Below are positions 7,747-20,278 of a DNA stretch of 32,000 bases, one piece after another. The notes below the pieces were generated by a model. It did no database searches, had not been told where the DNA came from, and worked only from the letters and a program-made list of their open reading frames with translations. The stretch comes from Rickettsia helvetica (GTDB lineage: Bacteria; Pseudomonadota; Alphaproteobacteria; Rickettsiales; Rickettsiaceae). Both the position numbers and the translations under genes were made by a program. Location of the stretch: positions 58,110 to 90,109 of the forward strand of contig NZ_OZ018776.1 of the NCBI RefSeq assembly GCF_963970025.1, read 5' to 3'. Within the stretch, counting starts at the first letter, position 1. Every line of letters begins with the position of its first letter.

Positions 7747-7763
7747 TACCGAATCCTTTATAT

Positions 7764-8174
7764 TTAACTTTTAATATCTTCATTAACATCTTGCTGTATA
7801 TTTCCTTTAGCATTAATATCTCTATCTACAAATTCAATATATGCTATCGGTGCTAAATCACCATAACGGAATCCGGCTTTTATTATTCTAGTATAACCGC
7901 CAGGTCTATCTTTATATCTAGTACCTAAAATATTTATAAGCTTTTCTACTGCTTTTTTATCTTTTATTTTTGATAAAACGCTTCTTCTTACCGTTAAATC
8001 AGCTTTTTTAGCTTTAGTAATTAGAGTTTCAATATAAGGTCTTAATTCCTTAGCTTTTGGTAAAGTAGTTTTAATTTGTTCATGAGTTACAAGTGCTACC
8101 GCCATATTAGCGAGCATTGCTTGCCTATGACTACTTGTTACATTTAACTTTCTACCTTTAATTTTATGTCGCAT
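7764..8174 (-). CDS. rplQ: 50S ribosomal protein bL17
   Basis: [46 protein letters not shown] is the L17 signature. It follows rpoA. Confidence 0.97.
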   Translation of the reverse strand: MRHKIKGRKLNVTSSHRQAMLANMAVALVTHEQIKTTLPKAKELRPYIETLITKAKKADLTVRRSVLSKIKDKKAVEKLINILGTRYKDRPGGYTRIIKAGFRYGDLAPIAYIEFVDRDINAKGNIQQDVNEDIKS

Positions 8175-8186
8175 TTTTATTAGTCC

Positions 8187-9209
8187 TTAATTATAAGAAT
8201 CTTCATAACGTTTAGATAATTCCTGAATATTTTCCGGTGGCCAATCCGGTACATCCATACTGAATCTTAAATTAAATTTTGCCAATATTTCTTTAATCTC
8301 ATTTAAAGATTTTCTACCAAAATTTGGAGTTCTCAGCATATCGGATTCTGTTCTTTTTACTAGATCCCCTATATATATTATATTATCATTTTTCAAACAA
8401 TTTGCTGATCTAACTGATAACTCCAATTCATCAACTCTCTTAAGTAAATAAGGCGAAAACGGTAAAGCATCAGTTTTAACCTGCTTATCTTCTTCCTGTT
8501 CTTCAAAAGAAATAAATAATTGTAATTGCTCTTGTAAAATACGTGCAGCTAAACCTACAGCCATTTCAGGTAATAAATCACCGTTAGTTTCTACAAACAT
8601 AATTAATTTATCATAGTCGGTAACCTGACCTACCCTAGTATTTTCTACCTTATAAGTAACACTTTTTACCGGGTTAAATAAAGCATCTATAGCTATTTCA
8701 CCAATAGGTAAATTATCCTCATAACTATTTGTGCTAAGTACATATCCTTTACCAACCTTACAAGTTAATTCCATTTCAAGCTGCTTGTTCTTAACTAGAT
8801 CACAAATTACATGATCCGGATTCAGTATTTCTACATCATGACCTGTTTCAATCATACCGGCCGTTACAACACAAGGTCCTGTTGCTTTTAATTTCACGAT
8901 ACGTTTTTCCGCAACATGCATTTTTACTTCAATACCTTTAATGTTTAAAATTACTTCCGATACATCTTCTTTTACACCGGGTATAGAAGAAAATTCATGT
9001 TCTATAGCAGGGATCTTTATAGAAGTGATAGCCGCTCCTTGTAAAGAAGAAAGTAATACTCTTCTCATAGCATTACCGAGTGTTAAACCAAAACCTCTTT
9101 CTAAAGGTTCAACTACAATTTTAGCTTTATTATTGGTTTCCGGAAAATTTTCATAAGCAACTTTATTCGGCTTTATTAAAGTATTCCAATTTTTACTTAA
9201 CGATAACAT
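8187..9209 (-). CDS. rpoA: DNA-directed RNA polymerase subunit alpha
   Basis: 340 aa with N-terminal assembly domain motifs ([22 protein letters not shown]) and a C-terminal domain ([22 protein letters not shown]). It has the conserved position between rpsK and rplQ. Confidence 0.97.
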   Translation of the reverse strand: MLSLSKNWNTLIKPNKVAYENFPETNNKAKIVVEPLERGFGLTLGNAMRRVLLSSLQGAAITSIKIPAIEHEFSSIPGVKEDVSEVILNIKGIEVKMHVAEKRIVKLKATGPCVVTAGMIETGHDVEILNPDHVICDLVKNKQLEMELTCKVGKGYVLSTNSYEDNLPIGEIAIDALFNPVKSVTYKVENTRVGQVTDYDKLIMFVETNGDLLPEMAVGLAARILQEQLQLFISFEEQEEDKQVKTDALPFSPYLLKRVDELELSVRSANCLKNDNIIYIGDLVKRTESDMLRTPNFGRKSLNEIKEILAKFNLRFSMDVPDWPPENIQELSKRYEDSYN

Positions 9210-9227
9210 TTAATACCTATGATTCTC

Positions 9228-9611
9228 TTATACTCTTCTTCTTTTTGGCGGTCTTACTCCATTATGAGCAATTGACGATACATCTAAAATTGATGTAACC
9301 ACAAAATTTTGTCTGAATAAAGCTCTCATTGCTGATTCACGCTGAGCTCCCGGTCCTCCAATCCTAATAGAAATAGTTTTTAGACCATATTCTTTTGCTT
9401 TTTCCGAGGCTCTATCAATTGTTACTTGAGCTGCATAAGGTGTTGCTTTTCTTGCCCCTTTAAACCCATTACCTCCTGCCGATGCAGAAGACATAGTATT
9501 ACCTTGGATATCAGTAAATGTTACTATAGTATTATTAAATGATGCTCGGATATGCACAACACCAAGAGTGATAGTTTTTTTCTTTTTCTTAACTTTAACC
9601 GTCTGATTCAT
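9228..9611 (-). CDS. rpsK: 30S ribosomal protein uS11
   Basis: [22 protein letters not shown]...[14 protein letters not shown] is the S11 signature. Confidence 0.97.
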   Translation of the reverse strand: MNQTVKVKKKKKTITLGVVHIRASFNNTIVTFTDIQGNTMSSASAGGNGFKGARKATPYAAQVTIDRASEKAKEYGLKTISIRIGGPGAQRESAMRALFRQNFVVTSILDVSSIAHNGVRPPKRRRV

Positions 9612-9636
9612 TAATTTATACTCTATACTTAAACTA

Positions 9637-10014
9637 TTATTTTACAGCTTTTTTCTTTCCGGCTATCGCAATAGCTTTACCTTTTCTAGTTCGAGCATTA
9701 GAATGCGTGTTCTGTCCTCTCACCGGCAACTTACGTATATGTCTAAGCCCTTGATAACATCTTATATCTTTCTTCTTCTTAATATTAAGCGTAACTTCTC
9801 GTCTTAAATCACCCTCAACTTTATACTCGCTTTCAATAATATTACGTAAGCTTATTAACTCTTGATCCGTAAGTTCTTTAACTTTTTTATCTTTCGATAT
9901 TTTTGCTTTATTACAGATCTCTGCTGCCATAGTAGGCCCAAGACCGTAAATGTAAGTTAAACTCACAACTAAACGTTTATTATCGGGAACATTAACACTT
10001 GCAATTCTTGCCAC
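9637..10014 (-). CDS. rpsM: 30S ribosomal protein uS13
   Basis: [26 protein letters not shown] is the S13 N-terminus, and the tail is basic. Confidence 0.97.
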   Translation of the reverse strand: MARIASVNVPDNKRLVVSLTYIYGLGPTMAAEICNKAKISKDKKVKELTDQELISLRNIIESEYKVEGDLRREVTLNIKKKKDIRCYQGLRHIRKLPVRGQNTHSNARTRKGKAIAIAGKKKAVK

Positions 10015-10072
10015 AAATAATCTCCAAAATTTTACTGGTAACTAGAAAATAATATAAAAATCTTTAATAAAG

Positions 10073-10711
10073 TCAATTTATTTTTAGTATTTTCTGTATA
10101 TCAATTTCTATTTCTTGTTCATTTTTACTTCCATTAACTATATAAAAATTACCACTATTTTTATAATAATCTATTAACGGATATGTTTCTGTTTTATATA
10201 CTTCAATTCTTTTTTTTATTACTTCTTCATTATCGTCTTTTCTATAATCAAATGTACTTGAACCGCAAACATCACATACATTATCAGTTTTAGGCTGCAA
10301 GAAGTAACTATTATATATTTTACCGCAATTTTTACAACTATATCTTCCTAAAACTCTTTTAATTAATAATTCATCTGAAACATCAAAATATATTATTTTA
10401 ATTTTTTCTTTAATAAATGATTTAAAGAATTTCGCTTGCTCTAAATTACGTGGATATCCATCTAATATATAGCCGTTTTTATATTCAGAGGATAATAAAA
10501 AATTTTTGATTACTTGATTAACTATTTCATTAGGGATAAGCTCCCCTTGCTTAACATAATTATTAATTAATTCTGCTTCACTAGTTGATGTTTTAATAAT
10601 TGTTCTAAATATATCACCGATTGCTATATGTGGTAAATCAATTTTTTTAGCTATCTTTTTCCCTTGTGTTCCCTTTCCGGCTCCTGGAGGACCTAAAAAA
10701 ATTACTATCAC
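10073..10711 (-). CDS. adk: Adenylate kinase
   Basis: P-loop [10 protein letters not shown] and a Cys4 lid (CKNCGKIY...CDVCG). It lies between secY and rpsM, as in alphaproteobacteria. Confidence 0.95.
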   Translation of the reverse strand: MIVIFLGPPGAGKGTQGKKIAKKIDLPHIAIGDIFRTIIKTSTSEAELINNYVKQGELIPNEIVNQVIKNFLLSSEYKNGYILDGYPRNLEQAKFFKSFIKEKIKIIYFDVSDELLIKRVLGRYSCKNCGKIYNSYFLQPKTDNVCDVCGSSTFDYRKDDNEEVIKKRIEVYKTETYPLIDYYKNSGNFYIVNGSKNEQEIEIDIQKILKIN

Positions 10712-10726
10712 TATTTAAGCTCATTT

Positions 10727-12028
10727 TTAATTTTTTAATTTTACTTTCTTCATTAAACCTTCATACTTACTACTAAATAAGTAAGTTTGAATCTGCGTCA
10801 TAGTATCAAGTACCACATTCACTACAATTAAAAAACTCGTACCTCCTAAAGAAAGAGAGATTACATACTTATTCATTAATAGCTCCGGAATTACACATAT
10901 TATACTTAAATATATCCCACCTATAACCGTAAGCCTTGTAAGTATATAATCAAAATAATCAGACGTATTTTTTCCTGGTCTTTTACCCGGAATATAAGCA
11001 CCATATTTTCTTAAATTATTAGCAGTTTCTTCAGAATTAAATACTATTGCAGTATAAAAAAAACTAAAAAACATAATTAATGCTACATATAATAAAATAT
11101 ATACGGGTTTTCCATGCCCTAAATAATAAGTAAGCATGCCCATAGTTTCTGAATTACTATTAGAAAAATTAGCAAGCGTAGCAGGGAATAGTAAAATTGA
11201 ACTAGCAAATATTGGAGGTATTACACCAGAAGTATTTAATTTAAGAGGCATATGCGTTGCTTCTCCTCCATAAATTTTATTTCCTACTTGTCTTTTAGGA
11301 TACTGCACCAATAATTTTCTTTGGGCTTTTTCAAAAAATATAATTATAGCTATTAATACCACCACTCCAATACAAACAACTATCGCTATTAAAGGCGATA
11401 ATGCCCCTTTTCTTGATAATTCAAACATACTAATAATAGCACTAGGTACTCCCGAAATTATACCTATAAATATAATTAAAGACGTACCGTTACCTATTCC
11501 GCGTTGTGTAATTTGTTCTCCTAACCACATTAATAGCATAGTACCTACAACTAAAGTAATGACGGTTGTAACTCTAAAGAAAAAACCCGCTAAAATTACT
11601 ACAGGACCGGTATTTGTTACAATTGACTCTAAACTTATAGCAACTCCATAAGCCTGAAAAGAAGCAAGCAGAACCGTTAAATATCTCGATAGCTGATTTA
11701 CTTTCCTTTTGCCGACTTCCCCTTCTTTTTTTAAATTTTCCAAAGGTTTATATGCAACTGACATTAATTGGATAATAATTGAGGCGGTAATATACGGCAT
11801 AATTGCTAAAGCAAAAATAGACATTCTACCTAGCGATCCTCCGGATAGCATATTGAACATTCCGAGTATTCCGGATTGATTTTTTTCAGCCACACTACTT
11901 AAAGCAATTGAATCTATACCGGGTATAGGTATAAAAGACCCAAATCTACATACTATAAGAATGAGAATAGTAAAAACAATGCGACTAACTAAATCATTAC
12001 CAGATTTTTTAGAAAAATTCTGCCCCAT
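10727..12028 (-). CDS. secY: Preprotein translocase subunit SecY
   Basis: 433-aa polytopic membrane protein with SecY-like segments ([22 protein letters not shown]). It has the conserved position after rplO. Confidence 0.96.
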   Translation of the reverse strand: MGQNFSKKSGNDLVSRIVFTILILIVCRFGSFIPIPGIDSIALSSVAEKNQSGILGMFNMLSGGSLGRMSIFALAIMPYITASIIIQLMSVAYKPLENLKKEGEVGKRKVNQLSRYLTVLLASFQAYGVAISLESIVTNTGPVVILAGFFFRVTTVITLVVGTMLLMWLGEQITQRGIGNGTSLIIFIGIISGVPSAIISMFELSRKGALSPLIAIVVCIGVVVLIAIIIFFEKAQRKLLVQYPKRQVGNKIYGGEATHMPLKLNTSGVIPPIFASSILLFPATLANFSNSNSETMGMLTYYLGHGKPVYILLYVALIMFFSFFYTAIVFNSEETANNLRKYGAYIPGKRPGKNTSDYFDYILTRLTVIGGIYLSIICVIPELLMNKYVISLSLGGTSFLIVVNVVLDTMTQIQTYLFSSKYEGLMKKVKLKN

Positions 12029-12031
12029 ATA

Positions 12032-12493
12032 CTATAATAATTTTCCACCTGCTTTCTCGATTAAATCCTTAGCTTTAGAAGAATAAGCATCTAATTTTAA
12101 TGATAGAGGAGAAGCGAAATCATCACTACAAATAGATAATAACTTCACTAGATTTTTATTATTTTTGTTATTAATTAATCCAACTTCTACCAGTTTTTCT
12201 TTGGTAATAGTATTATCAACACTTAAACGCCCATCGGCTAATGCTTCTTCAATATTATAAATATTTATTATATTGTATTTTTTAGTTGAAATACAATTAA
12301 ACCCTCTTTTAGGTAGTCTTTTGATCATAGGTGTTTGACCACCTTCAAAACCTTTTACTGCAACGCCAGATCTAGATTTTTGACCTTTAATTCCTCTACC
12401 GCCGGTTTTTCCTTTACCGCTACCAATACCGCGTGCTATTCTTTTTTTATTTTTTTTAGCACCTATATTATTATATAATTCATTTAATTTCAT
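12032..12493 (-). CDS. rplO: 50S ribosomal protein uL15
   Basis: [26 protein letters not shown] is the L15 glycine-rich signature. Confidence 0.96.
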   Translation of the reverse strand: MKLNELYNNIGAKKNKKRIARGIGSGKGKTGGRGIKGQKSRSGVAVKGFEGGQTPMIKRLPKRGFNCISTKKYNIINIYNIEEALADGRLSVDNTITKEKLVEVGLINNKNNKNLVKLLSICSDDFASPLSLKLDAYSSKAKDLIEKAGGKLL

Positions 12494-12506
12494 TTAAAAA
12501 CTCTAA

Positions 12507-12698
12507 TTACATATTTTCTATTTTTAACAAATGCTTTACTTTTTCAATCATTCCTTTGATTGAATTAGTATTTTCAAGAATAACAGTCTTATTAATTTTG
12601 TTTAAACCAAGCCCAACTAATGTCAATCTTTGATCATACTTACGACCTATAGCACTTTTAACTTGAGTAATTTTTATATTATTGATCTTATTATTCAT
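12507..12698 (-). CDS. rpmD: 50S ribosomal protein uL30
   Basis: 63 aa; [32 protein letters not shown] is typical of L30. Confidence 0.94.
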   Translation of the reverse strand: MNNKINNIKITQVKSAIGRKYDQRLTLVGLGLNKINKTVILENTNSIKGMIEKVKHLLKIENM

Positions 12699-12721
12699 AA
12701 CTTCACCTTACTTACGCAACA

Positions 12722-13252
12722 TTATTTATTAACTTGAATATCAGAAGATTTTACAGATATTTCATTTACTTTTTTATCTCTTCTCATAGCAATAGATTTT
12801 GGTGATGCAAGTTTATTTAATGCATCAAATGTTGCAGAAATCATTGCGTAAACATTCGTTGAACCTATTGATTTAGCAACAATATCATGAATGCCTAAAG
12901 AATCAAAAATTGCTCTCATAGACCCTCCGGCTATAACGCCCGTACCTGCTTTAGCTCTTCTTAAAATCACTTTAGCAGCTCCACTTTTACCGACAACATC
13001 ATGGTGAATAGTCCTATTTTGATATAAAGGTACTTGCATTATTCTCTTTTTAGCGGCTTGTTTCGCCTTGCCTCGAGCTTCGTTTACTTCTTTAGCTTTT
13101 CCGTGTCCCGCTCCGACTCTGCCGGCTTTATCACCGACAACTACACAAGCAGAAAAAGTAAATCTTCTACCGCCTTTTACTACTTTTGTAACTCTATTTA
13201 CATCAACTAAAACTTCGCTTAAAGTCTCTTCATTTTTTTTAACTTTAGACAT
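12722..13252 (-). CDS. rpsE: 30S ribosomal protein uS5
   Basis: [39 protein letters not shown] is the S5 signature. Confidence 0.97.
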   Translation of the reverse strand: MSKVKKNEETLSEVLVDVNRVTKVVKGGRRFTFSACVVVGDKAGRVGAGHGKAKEVNEARGKAKQAAKKRIMQVPLYQNRTIHHDVVGKSGAAKVILRRAKAGTGVIAGGSMRAIFDSLGIHDIVAKSIGSTNVYAMISATFDALNKLASPKSIAMRRDKKVNEISVKSSDIQVNK

Positions 13253-13269
13253 TACTACAACCTTATAAC

Positions 13270-13626
13270 CTAAAATTTTATTTTCTCTCTAGCTGCATCA
13301 GCTAGAGCTTTTACAATACCATGATACTTATATCCGCCTCTATCAAATACTACTTCTTTTATCCCTGCAGAATCAGCTTTTTTTGCTATTTCTTCACCTA
13401 CTTTAATAGCATTTTCAATATTACAATGAGATTTTTTTAATTTTTTTATTTTCTCATCTAAAGTTGAAGCAGAAGCAATCGTTATAGACTTAGAATCATC
13501 GATAATTTGTGCATATATATGTCTACCTGACTTAAATATCGATAATCTAACTCTATTAGATGTTTTAGATATTTTATGTCTTATTCTATTTCTTCTATTT
13601 TCAAATTTTAGCTTAGCACTACGCAT
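13270..13626 (-). CDS. rplR: 50S ribosomal protein uL18
   Basis: [34 protein letters not shown]...[23 protein letters not shown] is the L18 signature. Confidence 0.96.
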   Translation of the reverse strand: MRSAKLKFENRRNRIRHKISKTSNRVRLSIFKSGRHIYAQIIDDSKSITIASASTLDEKIKKLKKSHCNIENAIKVGEEIAKKADSAGIKEVVFDRGGYKYHGIVKALADAAREKIKF

Positions 13627-13641
13627 ATTTAACTCTTAAAT

Positions 13642-14175
13642 TTAACTTTTCTTACCTTCTTTACGTGGTATAAATTGATTTTCAAATTTAATTCCTTTTC
13701 CTTTATAAGGCTCAGGTGGTCTCTGTTTTATAATAATTGAAGCAAATTGTCCTAACTTTTCTTTATCTGTTCCCTCAAGAATAATAATATTTTGCTTAGG
13801 TACTTCTATTTTAATATCTGAAGGTATTTCAATTTTTGTATTATGGCTTTTAGCAAGCATTAAATTTAAATATTTACCTTTTACCATTGCCCTGTAACCG
13901 ACTCCGTTAATTTCAAGTTTAAGCTTAAACCCTTCTTTAACGCCGGTAACCATATTTGATATTATGCTTCTTGCAGTACCCCACATAGCACGTGCATTTT
14001 TATTTGCGGCTAAAGGTTTTACTAAAAGCTTATTTTCTGCCAATGAAATTGCGATATTACCTTTAAAAGTTTTTGATAATTCGCCTTTAGGTCCGGATAT
14101 TTTTACCTCTAAATCATTTAAACCAACTTTTACACCTTCAGGTATAATAATCGACAATTTTCCAACACGTGACAT
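13642..14175 (-). CDS. rplF: 50S ribosomal protein uL6
   Basis: [17 protein letters not shown]...GVGYRA...PEPYKGKGI is the L6 signature. Confidence 0.96.
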   Translation of the reverse strand: MSRVGKLSIIIPEGVKVGLNDLEVKISGPKGELSKTFKGNIAISLAENKLLVKPLAANKNARAMWGTARSIISNMVTGVKEGFKLKLEINGVGYRAMVKGKYLNLMLAKSHNTKIEIPSDIKIEVPKQNIIILEGTDKEKLGQFASIIIKQRPPEPYKGKGIKFENQFIPRKEGKKS

Positions 14176-14184
14176 TTTTTTACC

Positions 14185-14583
14185 TTAAAATACTTTACAA
14201 ATTACTTCGCCGCCGACATTTTTAATATGAGCTTCTCTATCAGATATAACACCGTAAGGAGTAGAAAGAATATATATACCCATATTATTATAATATCCTT
14301 TCAAATCTTTAATAGCAGAATATACTCTTTTTCCAGGCTTTGATACTCTATGAATTTCGCATATAGAAGCATCACCGTTAACAGAATATTTTAAAGCTAC
14401 CTCAGTATAACTAATATTATTTTTTTGAGTAGTTATATAATCTTTTATATAACCTTCTTTTTGCAAAACATCTAAAATTGAAGTTTTAATTTTAGAACTA
14501 GGAAAAGAAACATTTATCAATTTACTTTTATAAGCGTTTCTAATTCTAGTTAACATATCTGCTACATTATCCGTCATTGACAT
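14185..14583 (-). CDS. rpsH: 30S ribosomal protein uS8
   Basis: [17 protein letters not shown]...[14 protein letters not shown] is the S8 signature. Confidence 0.96.
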   Translation of the reverse strand: MSMTDNVADMLTRIRNAYKSKLINVSFPSSKIKTSILDVLQKEGYIKDYITTQKNNISYTEVALKYSVNGDASICEIHRVSKPGKRVYSAIKDLKGYYNNMGIYILSTPYGVISDREAHIKNVGGEVICKVF

Positions 14584-14602
14584 ATTATTTACCTATCGAC
14601 TT

Positions 14603-14908
14603 TTACCAACTTGACTTAACTATACCGGGCACTAAGCCTCTACCTATTAATTCCCTAAGCTTATTCCTCGATATACCGAATTTTCTTGTAACACCTCTTG
14701 GTCTACCTGTAAGTTCACATCTATTTCTTATTCTAGTAGACGATGAATTTCTAGGTAATTGTGCAAGCGACATTACCAAAGAAAAACGCTCTTCTAATGA
14801 AATATTTTTATCATAAATTTTACTTTTTAGTGCTAAACGTTTATTATGTAAACTTTGTGATTTTTTTTTCCTACTTTCGTTCTTTTTTATCGAACTTACT
14901 TTTGCCAT
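14603..14908 (-). CDS. rpsN: 30S ribosomal protein uS14 (long, 101 aa form)
   Basis: [41 protein letters not shown] is the S14 C-terminal signature. Confidence 0.96.
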   Translation of the reverse strand: MAKVSSIKKNESRKKKSQSLHNKRLALKSKIYDKNISLEERFSLVMSLAQLPRNSSSTRIRNRCELTGRPRGVTRKFGISRNKLRELIGRGLVPGIVKSSW

Positions 14909-14923
14909 TATACACCCTAAAAA

Positions 14924-15463
14924 TTAATTATAAAAAGGTAAATTAAACCCTGATAACAAATACTTACTTTCTTTATCCGTTTTAGCAGATGTAACGATTG
15001 TAATATCCATACCCCTTATTGTATCGATTTTATCGTAATTAATTTCAGGAAAGACTATCTGCTCTTTTAATCCAAAAGTAAAATTTCCTTTACCGTCAAA
15101 ACTTTTATAAGAAAAACCGCGAAATTCCTTAACACGAGGTAATGCAACAATTACTAACCTCTCTAAAAAATCATATATTCTATCTTTACGTAATGTAACC
15201 TTACAGCCTATTTTCATATTTTCGCGTAACTTAAAGGTTGCAATCGATTTTCTTGCTAACGTTACAACCGGCTTCTGACCGGAAATCAATGTGAGATCAT
15301 TTACTGCATTATTAATCACCTTGGAATCAGCTATTGCTTCCCCTACTCCCATATTTATAATAATTTTCTTAATTTGTGGTATTTCGTGTTTATTTTTATA
15401 AGAAAATTCTTTTTGTAAGTTTTCAATAATTTTTTGCTGATATAATTCTTTAAATCTTAACAT
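14924..15463 (-). CDS. rplE: 50S ribosomal protein uL5
   Basis: [15 protein letters not shown]...[28 protein letters not shown] is the L5 signature. Its start overlaps the rplX stop by 1 nt. Confidence 0.96.
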   Translation of the reverse strand: MLRFKELYQQKIIENLQKEFSYKNKHEIPQIKKIIINMGVGEAIADSKVINNAVNDLTLISGQKPVVTLARKSIATFKLRENMKIGCKVTLRKDRIYDFLERLVIVALPRVKEFRGFSYKSFDGKGNFTFGLKEQIVFPEINYDKIDTIRGMDITIVTSAKTDKESKYLLSGFNLPFYN

Positions 15464-15792
15464 TATTTACCTTCCTTACCGATAATTTCCCCTGATTTCT
15501 TTGCTATTCTAACCTTAGAACCGTCTTCTAAGAATTTAAAAGCTACTTTGGTAGGGTTACCGGTTTTTGGATCGATGTGTGCAATATTTGAGATATGTAT
15601 AGGTAATTCTTTAGTTATTATCCCGCCTTCACTCATTTGATTAGGTTTAGTATGCTTTTTTACTAAATTTACTCCAGAAACAATTACTTTACTGTCCTCA
15701 GGAAAAACTTTTAATATTTTACCTTTTGTTCCTTTGTGCTTTCCAGTAATAACAACAACTTCATCACCTTTTTTTACTTTTAATTTAATCAT
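15463..15792 (-). CDS. rplX: 50S ribosomal protein uL24
   Basis: [24 protein letters not shown] is the KOW motif of L24. Confidence 0.96.
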   Translation of the reverse strand: MIKLKVKKGDEVVVITGKHKGTKGKILKVFPEDSKVIVSGVNLVKKHTKPNQMSEGGIITKELPIHISNIAHIDPKTGNPTKVAFKFLEDGSKVRIAKKSGEIIGKEGK

Positions 15793-16161
15793 TTATAACA
15801 CTTCCTCTGCAAGCGACATTATTCTAACATATTTTTTCGCTCTAAGTTCTCTTGTAACAGGACCGAAAACTCTAGTACCGATAGGTTCATCTTGTTTATT
15901 CAAAAGCACTAATGCGTTTTTATCAAATTTTATTGTACTACCGTCAGGTCTTACTACTCCGGTCTTTGTGCGAACAATCACGCCTTTATAAACATCACCC
16001 TTTTTAACCTTACCGCCGGGTATAGCTTCTTTAACAGATACAACTATAACATCACCCAACTTTGCCACCATATGGTGAGAGCCACCTAAAACTTTAATAC
16101 ACATAACTTTTTTAGCACCGGAATTATCTGCAACTTCCAAGATGCTCTGCATTTGAATCAT
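15793..16161 (-). CDS. rplN: 50S ribosomal protein uL14
   Basis: [28 protein letters not shown] is the L14 N-terminus. Confidence 0.97.
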   Translation of the reverse strand: MIQMQSILEVADNSGAKKVMCIKVLGGSHHMVAKLGDVIVVSVKEAIPGGKVKKGDVYKGVIVRTKTGVVRPDGSTIKFDKNALVLLNKQDEPIGTRVFGPVTRELRAKKYVRIMSLAEEVL

Positions 16162-16235
16162 AAACTACTTCCAATTTTTTATACACGAGAGATAAAATAA
16201 ATAATCTACCTTATAAAGTCAAAGATTAAAAAACT

Positions 16236-16469
16236 TTATTCCCCATTGACCACTATCCATGTTTTGGTTTTTGAGATAGGACGACTTTCAATTATACTAA
16301 CTTTATCTCCTTCTTGATATTTATTTTCTGAATCATGAGCAGCATATTTTTTAGAAACTTTCACGAATTTTTTATAAACAGGATGCTTAAACTTTCTTTC
16401 TACTTTTACTGTAACCGTCTTATCAGCTTTTGAACTTATAACCACGCCTTGTAATACTCTTTTCGGCAT
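16236..16469 (-). CDS. rpsQ: 30S ribosomal protein uS17
   Basis: The ORF track starts at 16484 (MRNIKM...). The second ATG ([21 protein letters not shown]) matches the usual S17 N-terminus and avoids overlap with rpmC, so I place the start at 16469. Confidence 0.93.
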   Translation of the reverse strand: MPKRVLQGVVISSKADKTVTVKVERKFKHPVYKKFVKVSKKYAAHDSENKYQEGDKVSIIESRPISKTKTWIVVNGE

Positions 16470-16470
16470 T

Positions 16471-16686
16471 TTAATATTCCTCACTATTAGATCTTTTTGT
16501 TAATTCAGTTTTAATACGTGCTATAGACTTTTTGACTAATGAAAACCTACTAGTATTTTTTAACTCACCTAAAGCTTGTTGAAATCTTAAATTAAACAAT
16601 TCTTTCTTTAAAAGATTAAGGTTTTTATAAAGCTCTTCTATTGTTTCAGTAGATAACTTACTTCTTAATAATTTTAAATCATTCAT
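16471..16686 (-). CDS. rpmC: 50S ribosomal protein uL29
   Basis: 71 aa; [23 protein letters not shown] is the L29 signature. Confidence 0.95.
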   Translation of the reverse strand: MNDLKLLRSKLSTETIEELYKNLNLLKKELFNLRFQQALGELKNTSRFSLVKKSIARIKTELTKRSNSEEY

Positions 16687-17089
16687 AACGTCTCACTATC
16701 CTTGTTCTAACAGGTAATTTTGCACTTGCAAGCTCCAAAGCTCTAAGTGCAATATTTTCTTCTACCCCTTCAATTTCAAACATAATTCTTCCAGGCGAAA
16801 CTCTAACTGCAAAAAATTCAGGAGAGCCTTTACCTTTACCCATTCTTACTTCGGCAGGCTTTTTAGAAATGGGAACATCCGGAAAAATGCGAATCCATAA
16901 TCTTCCTTGCCTTTTCATACATCTAGTAGCAGCTTTCCTTCCTGCTTCTATTTGTCTTGCAGTAACACGCCAACCGTCTATAGATTTTAGACCAAACGAT
17001 CCAAAAACAAGCATCGTACCTGCTTTTGCTTTTGAAGCAACTCTACCCTTATGAGCTTTTCTAAATTTTTGTTTTTTCGGAGCTAACAT
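16679..17089 (-). CDS. rplP: 50S ribosomal protein uL16
   Basis: [17 protein letters not shown]...[10 protein letters not shown] is the L16 signature. Confidence 0.97.
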   Translation of the reverse strand: MLAPKKQKFRKAHKGRVASKAKAGTMLVFGSFGLKSIDGWRVTARQIEAGRKAATRCMKRQGRLWIRIFPDVPISKKPAEVRMGKGKGSPEFFAVRVSPGRIMFEIEGVEENIALRALELASAKLPVRTRIVRRYE

Positions 17090-17103
17090 TTTAATACTTA
17101 AAA

Positions 17104-17757
17104 TTAATTATATCTTTTATTTTCTGTATATTCACCTTTATAAACCCACACTTTAACCCCTATAACTCCATAAGTAGTTATAGCCTCAGCTGTTGAATAA
17201 TCAATATCAGCTCTTAAAGTATGTAACGGCATCCTTCCTTCTATATACCACTCGGTTCTAGCAATTTCAGCACCTCCAAGTCTTCCTGAACAACTAACCC
17301 TTATACCTTGTCCACCTTGTTTAAATGAAGCCTGAATTGCTGTTTTCATGGCTTTTCTAAAAGAAACTCTTTTTTCAAGCTGCAGTGCTATAGTTTGAGC
17401 TACTATAGCAGCATCTATATTAAATTTTCTAACTTCATGAATATTTATATAAACTTCTTTTAAAGAAGTCATTTTCTCGACAGCTTTTTTTAGCTTATCA
17501 ATTTCACTACCGTTTCTACCGATAATGATATTTGGTTTTTTGGCATTAATATTAACTATAATACTTTTATTAGAAGGACGTTCGATTAAAACTCTGCTAA
17601 TTTGAGCTTGATTAAAACCCTTATTTATTAAATCCCTAATTTTTAAATCTTGTATAAAAAGAGTTTTATAATGTTTTTCTGCATATAATACGGAATCCCA
17701 ACCTTTAATTAAAGTCGGTCCAACTCTAAAACCATGTGCACAAACTTTCTGCCCCAT
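17104..17757 (-). CDS. rpsC: 30S ribosomal protein uS3
   Basis: [14 protein letters not shown] plus a KH domain, and [30 protein letters not shown], is the S3 signature. Confidence 0.97.
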   Translation of the reverse strand: MGQKVCAHGFRVGPTLIKGWDSVLYAEKHYKTLFIQDLKIRDLINKGFNQAQISRVLIERPSNKSIIVNINAKKPNIIIGRNGSEIDKLKKAVEKMTSLKEVYINIHEVRKFNIDAAIVAQTIALQLEKRVSFRKAMKTAIQASFKQGGQGIRVSCSGRLGGAEIARTEWYIEGRMPLHTLRADIDYSTAEAITTYGVIGVKVWVYKGEYTENKRYN

Positions 17758-17758
17758 T

Positions 17759-18118
17759 TTAATTATCCTCTTTTTCTGTAACAGTTATATAAAGATTACT
17801 AAAAAACTTATTTATTCTAGTTGCTCTTCCTTTTGCTCTTGGCATAACTCTTTTCATTACTAAAGCCTTACCTACAGTTGCTTTAGTAATAACCAATCTA
17901 TCTATATCTAGACCTAAATTATTTTCAGCATTTGCAACAGCAGATTGTAAACAATTTTTTACAACTTTTGCAATTCTTTTAGGAGAAAAAGTTAATTGTA
18001 CCAATGCTTCAGATACTTTCATATTTCTAATAAAGGCTGCAACTAAATTTAGCTTCCTTGGACTTACTCTAATAGATTTAGCTTTTGCCGTAGCAAAATT
18101 TTTATTTTCCTGTACCAT
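17759..18118 (-). CDS. rplV: 50S ribosomal protein uL22
   Basis: [23 protein letters not shown]...[13 protein letters not shown] is the L22 signature. Confidence 0.96.
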   Translation of the reverse strand: MVQENKNFATAKAKSIRVSPRKLNLVAAFIRNMKVSEALVQLTFSPKRIAKVVKNCLQSAVANAENNLGLDIDRLVITKATVGKALVMKRVMPRAKGRATRINKFFSNLYITVTEKEDN

Positions 18119-18126
18119 ATAAATCT

Positions 18127-18405
18127 TTACTTTCTTTTAACTTTTTTATCTGCTCCATGACCGTGAAATGTTCTAGTAGGAGCAAATTCACCTAATTTTC
18201 TTCCAACCATTTCTTCATTTACAGAAACCGGAATAAATTTCTTTCCATTATGAACAGAAAAGGTAAACCCTACAAAAATAGGTAAAATCGTTGATCTTCT
18301 AGACCAAGTTTTAATCATTTCAGATTTACCTGATTCCATTAATTTTTGAACTTTCTTTATTAAATAACCGTCTACAAAAGGCCCTTTCCATATTGAACGT
18401 GCCAT
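18127..18405 (-). CDS. rpsS: 30S ribosomal protein uS19
   Basis: [19 protein letters not shown]...[10 protein letters not shown]...[15 protein letters not shown] is the S19 signature. Confidence 0.97.
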   Translation of the reverse strand: MARSIWKGPFVDGYLIKKVQKLMESGKSEMIKTWSRRSTILPIFVGFTFSVHNGKKFIPVSVNEEMVGRKLGEFAPTRTFHGHGADKKVKRK

Positions 18406-18429
18406 ACTAATACCTAATTAATTTAAAAT

Positions 18430-19251
18430 CTATTTTCTTTTCTTTACGATAAATTTTGAAGTACGTTTATTTTTACGTGTCTTCTTACCCTTGGTTGGGA
18501 ATCCCCAAGGAGTAACAGGATGGCGCCCTCCTGAAGTTTTACCTTCACCACCGCCATGAGGGTGATCTACAGGATTCATTGCTACACCTCTAACATGCGG
18601 TCTCCAACCGAGCCATCTATTTCTACCTGCTTTGCCTAAATTAATATTTTTTTGATCCGGGTTAGATATACTACCTATAGTAGCTTTACAATCTAAAGGT
18701 ACTAACCTAAATTCACCTGATCTTAATTTAATCTGAGCATATCCTGAATCTTTACCTACTAGATCTACTGAAGTACCTGCAGATCTTGCAATTTGGCCGC
18801 CCTTACCGACTTTCATTTCAACATTATGTAAAGTAGTACCGATAGGAATAAATTTTAAAGGTAAACAATTTCCTATTTTTATATCAGCATCTTGACTTGA
18901 TATTACTCTATCACCTACAGATAATTTTTGCGGTGCTAAAATATAAGAATATTCCCCGTCTTCATATTTTATTAAAGCAATAAAAGCAGTTCTATTAGGG
19001 TCATACTCTATTCTTTCGACAATAGCAGCAATATCTATTTTATTTCTTTTAAAATCAATAACACGATATAATTTTTTATGTCCTCCACCTCTGTGCCAAG
19101 AAGTAATTCTACCTTGATTATTTCGTCCACCGGTTTTAGATATACCTTTGGTCAAAGATTTTAAAGGTCTGCCTTTCCATAAACTAGTTTTATCAACTTG
19201 AACTAACTCTCTAAGAGAAGGAGTAATTGGATTAAAGTTTTTTAAAGCCAT
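18430..19251 (-). CDS. rplB: 50S ribosomal protein uL2
   Basis: 273 aa; [22 protein letters not shown]...[28 protein letters not shown] is the L2 signature. Confidence 0.98.
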   Translation of the reverse strand: MALKNFNPITPSLRELVQVDKTSLWKGRPLKSLTKGISKTGGRNNQGRITSWHRGGGHKKLYRVIDFKRNKIDIAAIVERIEYDPNRTAFIALIKYEDGEYSYILAPQKLSVGDRVISSQDADIKIGNCLPLKFIPIGTTLHNVEMKVGKGGQIARSAGTSVDLVGKDSGYAQIKLRSGEFRLVPLDCKATIGSISNPDQKNINLGKAGRNRWLGWRPHVRGVAMNPVDHPHGGGEGKTSGGRHPVTPWGFPTKGKKTRKNKRTSKFIVKKRK

Positions 19252-19548
19252 TTATTTAATTCCTCCGGCAAAATCGATATTATGGTCTTTTTCTAATGTA
19301 ACAATAGCTTTCTTTCTATTGATTTGAGTCCCTATAATTCCTTTAAATCTTTTCTTCTTACCTTTAACGTTTAAAATATTCACTTTTTTTACTTTTACTT
19401 TAAATATTTCTTCTATAGCCTTTTTAACGGTAAGTTTTTCAGCAAATTTATCTACATAAAAAGCGCATTTATTTTGTTCTGAAAGGGTTGTAGTTTTTTC
19501 TGTAATAATAGGTTTTCTAATTAAATCGTAGTATTTATAAGAACTCAT
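19252..19548 (-). CDS. rplW: 50S ribosomal protein uL23
   Basis: 98 aa; IRKPIITEKTT...FKVKVKKVNILNVKGKKKRF is the L23 signature. It overlaps rplD by 4 nt. Confidence 0.95.
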   Translation of the reverse strand: MSSYKYYDLIRKPIITEKTTTLSEQNKCAFYVDKFAEKLTVKKAIEEIFKVKVKKVNILNVKGKKKRFKGIIGTQINRKKAIVTLEKDHNIDFAGGIK

Positions 19549-20168
19549 CTTAACCTCTCTTCTAAAACACTCACTGCTTCTTGTGATAACAGGACATATT
19601 CATGTCGTATTATATCATAAACATTTGCTCCTATTTGTGGAACAATCACAGTATTATAAATATTTTTTGCAGCTAAAGAAAAATTAATATCTACTTCATT
19701 TCCGTCTATTACAAAGAAACTTTTTCCTTGAAATTTGTTTAATATATTTATAAGAGCAGAAGTTTTAGGCTTATCTAGCTTTAAAGAATCTATTACTAAT
19801 AATTTTCCTTCAGCAAATTTCTCGGATAAAGCATGAATTAAACCAAGTTTTCGTACTTTTTTAGGTAATTTTGTTGCATGACTACGTACTCTAGGTCCGT
19901 GAGCTACACCACCACCACGCATCTGTACCGATCTAAGGGAGCCTTGTCTTGCATTACCTGTACCTTTTTGCTTAAAAGGTTTTTTTGTGGTTCCTGATAC
20001 TTCTGATACTGTTTTAGTTTTATGGTTACCGGACATTGCTTTAGCTCTCTGCCAATCAATAACCCGCTTTATTATATCATCTCTAATAAATTCAACAGCA
20101 AATATATCTTCACTTAAGCTAATCTCACCAACTTCTTCATTAGCAAGACTTAATATTTTAGTTTTCAT
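19545..20168 (-). CDS. rplD: 50S ribosomal protein uL4
   Basis: KPFKQKGTGNARQGSLRSVQMRGGGVAHGPRVRSH is the L4 signature. Confidence 0.96.
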   Translation of the reverse strand: MKTKILSLANEEVGEISLSEDIFAVEFIRDDIIKRVIDWQRAKAMSGNHKTKTVSEVSGTTKKPFKQKGTGNARQGSLRSVQMRGGGVAHGPRVRSHATKLPKKVRKLGLIHALSEKFAEGKLLVIDSLKLDKPKTSALINILNKFQGKSFFVIDGNEVDINFSLAAKNIYNTVIVPQIGANVYDIIRHEYVLLSQEAVSVLEERLR

Positions 20169-20278
20169 CTTTATTTAACCTTATACAGTCTTATATAAAA
20201 CTTTTATATAAATAATATTGCATGGCATTTTTGTTAATTTGATAATCTTTAACCTCAACAAGTATGTCTAAATATCTA

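Noticed and set aside
20169-20278. Unusually long (110 bp) rplC-rplD spacer containing the palindrome TTATATAAAA-C-TTTTATATAA (20191-20211)
   Set aside because: The palindrome is composed only of A/T and has almost no loop, so it is expected by chance in this base composition. I see no RPE similarity and no ORF, and cannot assign a function from sequence alone.
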